The notes under the pieces: generated by a model | The model's input: only the letters and a program-made list of their open reading frames with translations | What the model was told of the DNA's origin: nothing | Databases searched by the model: none | Source of the DNA: Candidatus Aenigmatarchaeota archaeon | GTDB lineage: Archaea > Aenigmatarchaeota > Aenigmatarchaeia > CG10238-14 > SCSR01 | Assembly (NCBI GenBank): GCA_039091335.1 | Contig: JAWCME010000004.1 | Coordinates: 1 to 38,230 of the forward strand | Direction: 5' to 3' | DNA: 38,230 nucleotides | Shown: one piece after another, positions 37,217-38,230 of the stretch | Layout: every line of letters begins with the position of its first letter | Position numbering within the stretch: the stretch's first letter is position 1 | Position numbers and translations under genes: made by a program

Positions 37217-38230
37217 ATGTTTGAGTCAAAAATTTTTAAGAATGAAGAGGTGCTTTTCCCAGATTATTTGCCAGAGTTCTTGCCATATAGAGAGGAACAA
37301 ATAAAGGAAGTAGCAAAAAATCTAATTCCAGCATCAGAGTTTAGGAAGCCACAAAACACATTTATCTTCGGACCAAGCGGAATAGGAAAAACGGCAGTAG
37401 CAAAATTTATTTTTCGAGAATTTGAGCAGTATTCTGGAATAAAAACAATATACATAAACTGTTGGGACTATAAAACCTCAATCTCAATACTTTCAAAAAT
37501 AGCAATTGAGCTTGGGGCATTCATTCAAAGAAGAGGGGTGGGAAAAGATGAAATATTTGAAAGGATGATAGAAGCATGCAAAAAATCTGGGAGGGCAGTT
37601 ATAGTTTGTTTGGATGAGGTTGACCAAGTGGTTTTTAAAGACCAAGAAATTTTATACGATTTGCTTAGAATAGACCAATACATAAAAAATCCATTTGGTC
37701 TAATATTTATTTCAAACACCCCAAACATATTCATAAACCTAGACCAAAGGATAAAAAGCTCTTTAAACTTAGAGGAAATAGAGTTCAAACCTTATAGATT
37801 AGAGGAAATGAAGAAAATATTGGAGGAGAGAATAAAGTTTGCGTTTCATTCTGTTGAGGAAGGGGTAGCATTAATTGCCGCAAACCATGCTGTTAATCTT
37901 GGTGGTGATGTTAGGATTGGGTTAGAGTGCCTTTTAAAGGCTGGGAGGCTTGCTGAGATGAAAAACTCTGAAAAGCTTAAGGTTGAACATATAAAAGAAG
38001 TACTTCCAAGTGTTGGAAAATTCAAACCAAGACTTATTGAAGAATGGATAAGCGATGCTGAAAGAAAGATACTAGAAATTGTTTCTAGGAAGAAAAGTTT
38101 TTTCTCAGGGGAGCTTTATTCCACTTACAGAAAAGAGGTTGAAAATCCTGTAAGTGAAAGGATGTTTAGAGAGTATGTTAATCACCTTTCCAGCCTTGGC
38201 CTTATAAAAGTAATAGAAAGAAGGGGCGGG
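37217..38230 (+). CDS. cdc6: Cdc6/Orc1-family AAA+ ATPase (runs off the right edge of the window)
   Basis: Manual translation: MFESKIFKNEEVLFPDYLPEFLPYREEQIKE...GPSGIGKT...YINCW...VCLDEVD...LDQRIKSSL...FKPY...GGDVRIG. Missing from the ORF track because the stop codon is outside the window. Confidence 0.93.
   Translation, partial: MFESKIFKNEEVLFPDYLPEFLPYREEQIKEVAKNLIPASEFRKPQNTFIFGPSGIGKTAVAKFIFREFEQYSGIKTIYINCWDYKTSISILSKIAIELGAFIQRRGVGKDEIFERMIEACKKSGRAVIVCLDEVDQVVFKDQEILYDLLRIDQYIKNPFGLIFISNTPNIFINLDQRIKSSLNLEEIEFKPYRLEEMKKILEERIKFAFHSVEEGVALIAANHAVNLGGDVRIGLECLLKAGRLAEMKNSEKLKVEHIKEVLPSVGKFKPRLIEEWISDAERKILEIVSRKKSFFSGELYSTYRKEVENPVSERMFREYVNHLSSLGLIKVIERRGG

Noticed and set aside
1-38230. 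CRISPR arrays, IS elements, inteins, rRNA
   Set aside because: No regularly spaced repeats, transposase or integrase motifs, oversized ORFs with intein signatures, or rRNA-like segments were seen by eye.

Overview
AT-rich, gene-dense archaeal chromosome segment. Gene content and style point to DPANN, possibly Aenigmarchaeota-like (inference). Housekeeping genes: cysS (5' part), aIF5B/IF2, HerA, Rad50, Mre11, ProRS, proteasome beta + aCPSF1, thermosome, a COG1395-type HTH regulator, class I LysRS and Cdc6/Orc1 (3' end cut off). Two separate type IV pilus (Tad-like) loci each carry one ATPase, two TadC-like platform proteins and class III signal-peptide proteins (10 pilin-like genes in total). 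Locus 1 is flanked by a CBS-wHTH gene and a divergent active/inactive KaiC-like ATPase pair with a small membrane protein. The most striking elements are two multi-intron tRNA genes that the ORF track cannot show. tRNA-Cys(GCA) (451-572, minus) has introns at 37/38 and 59/60, and tRNA-Ile(UAU) (34931-35058) has three introns (23/24, 37/38, 43/44). The 31-nt anticodon intron of tRNA-Cys contains an antisense element, a D'-like box and a C'-like box in K-loop geometry whose N+5 position falls on C39 of the same tRNA. It is a candidate minimal 'half' box C/D guide. The tRNA-Ile introns contain mutually exclusive pairings that suggest a built-in splicing order.
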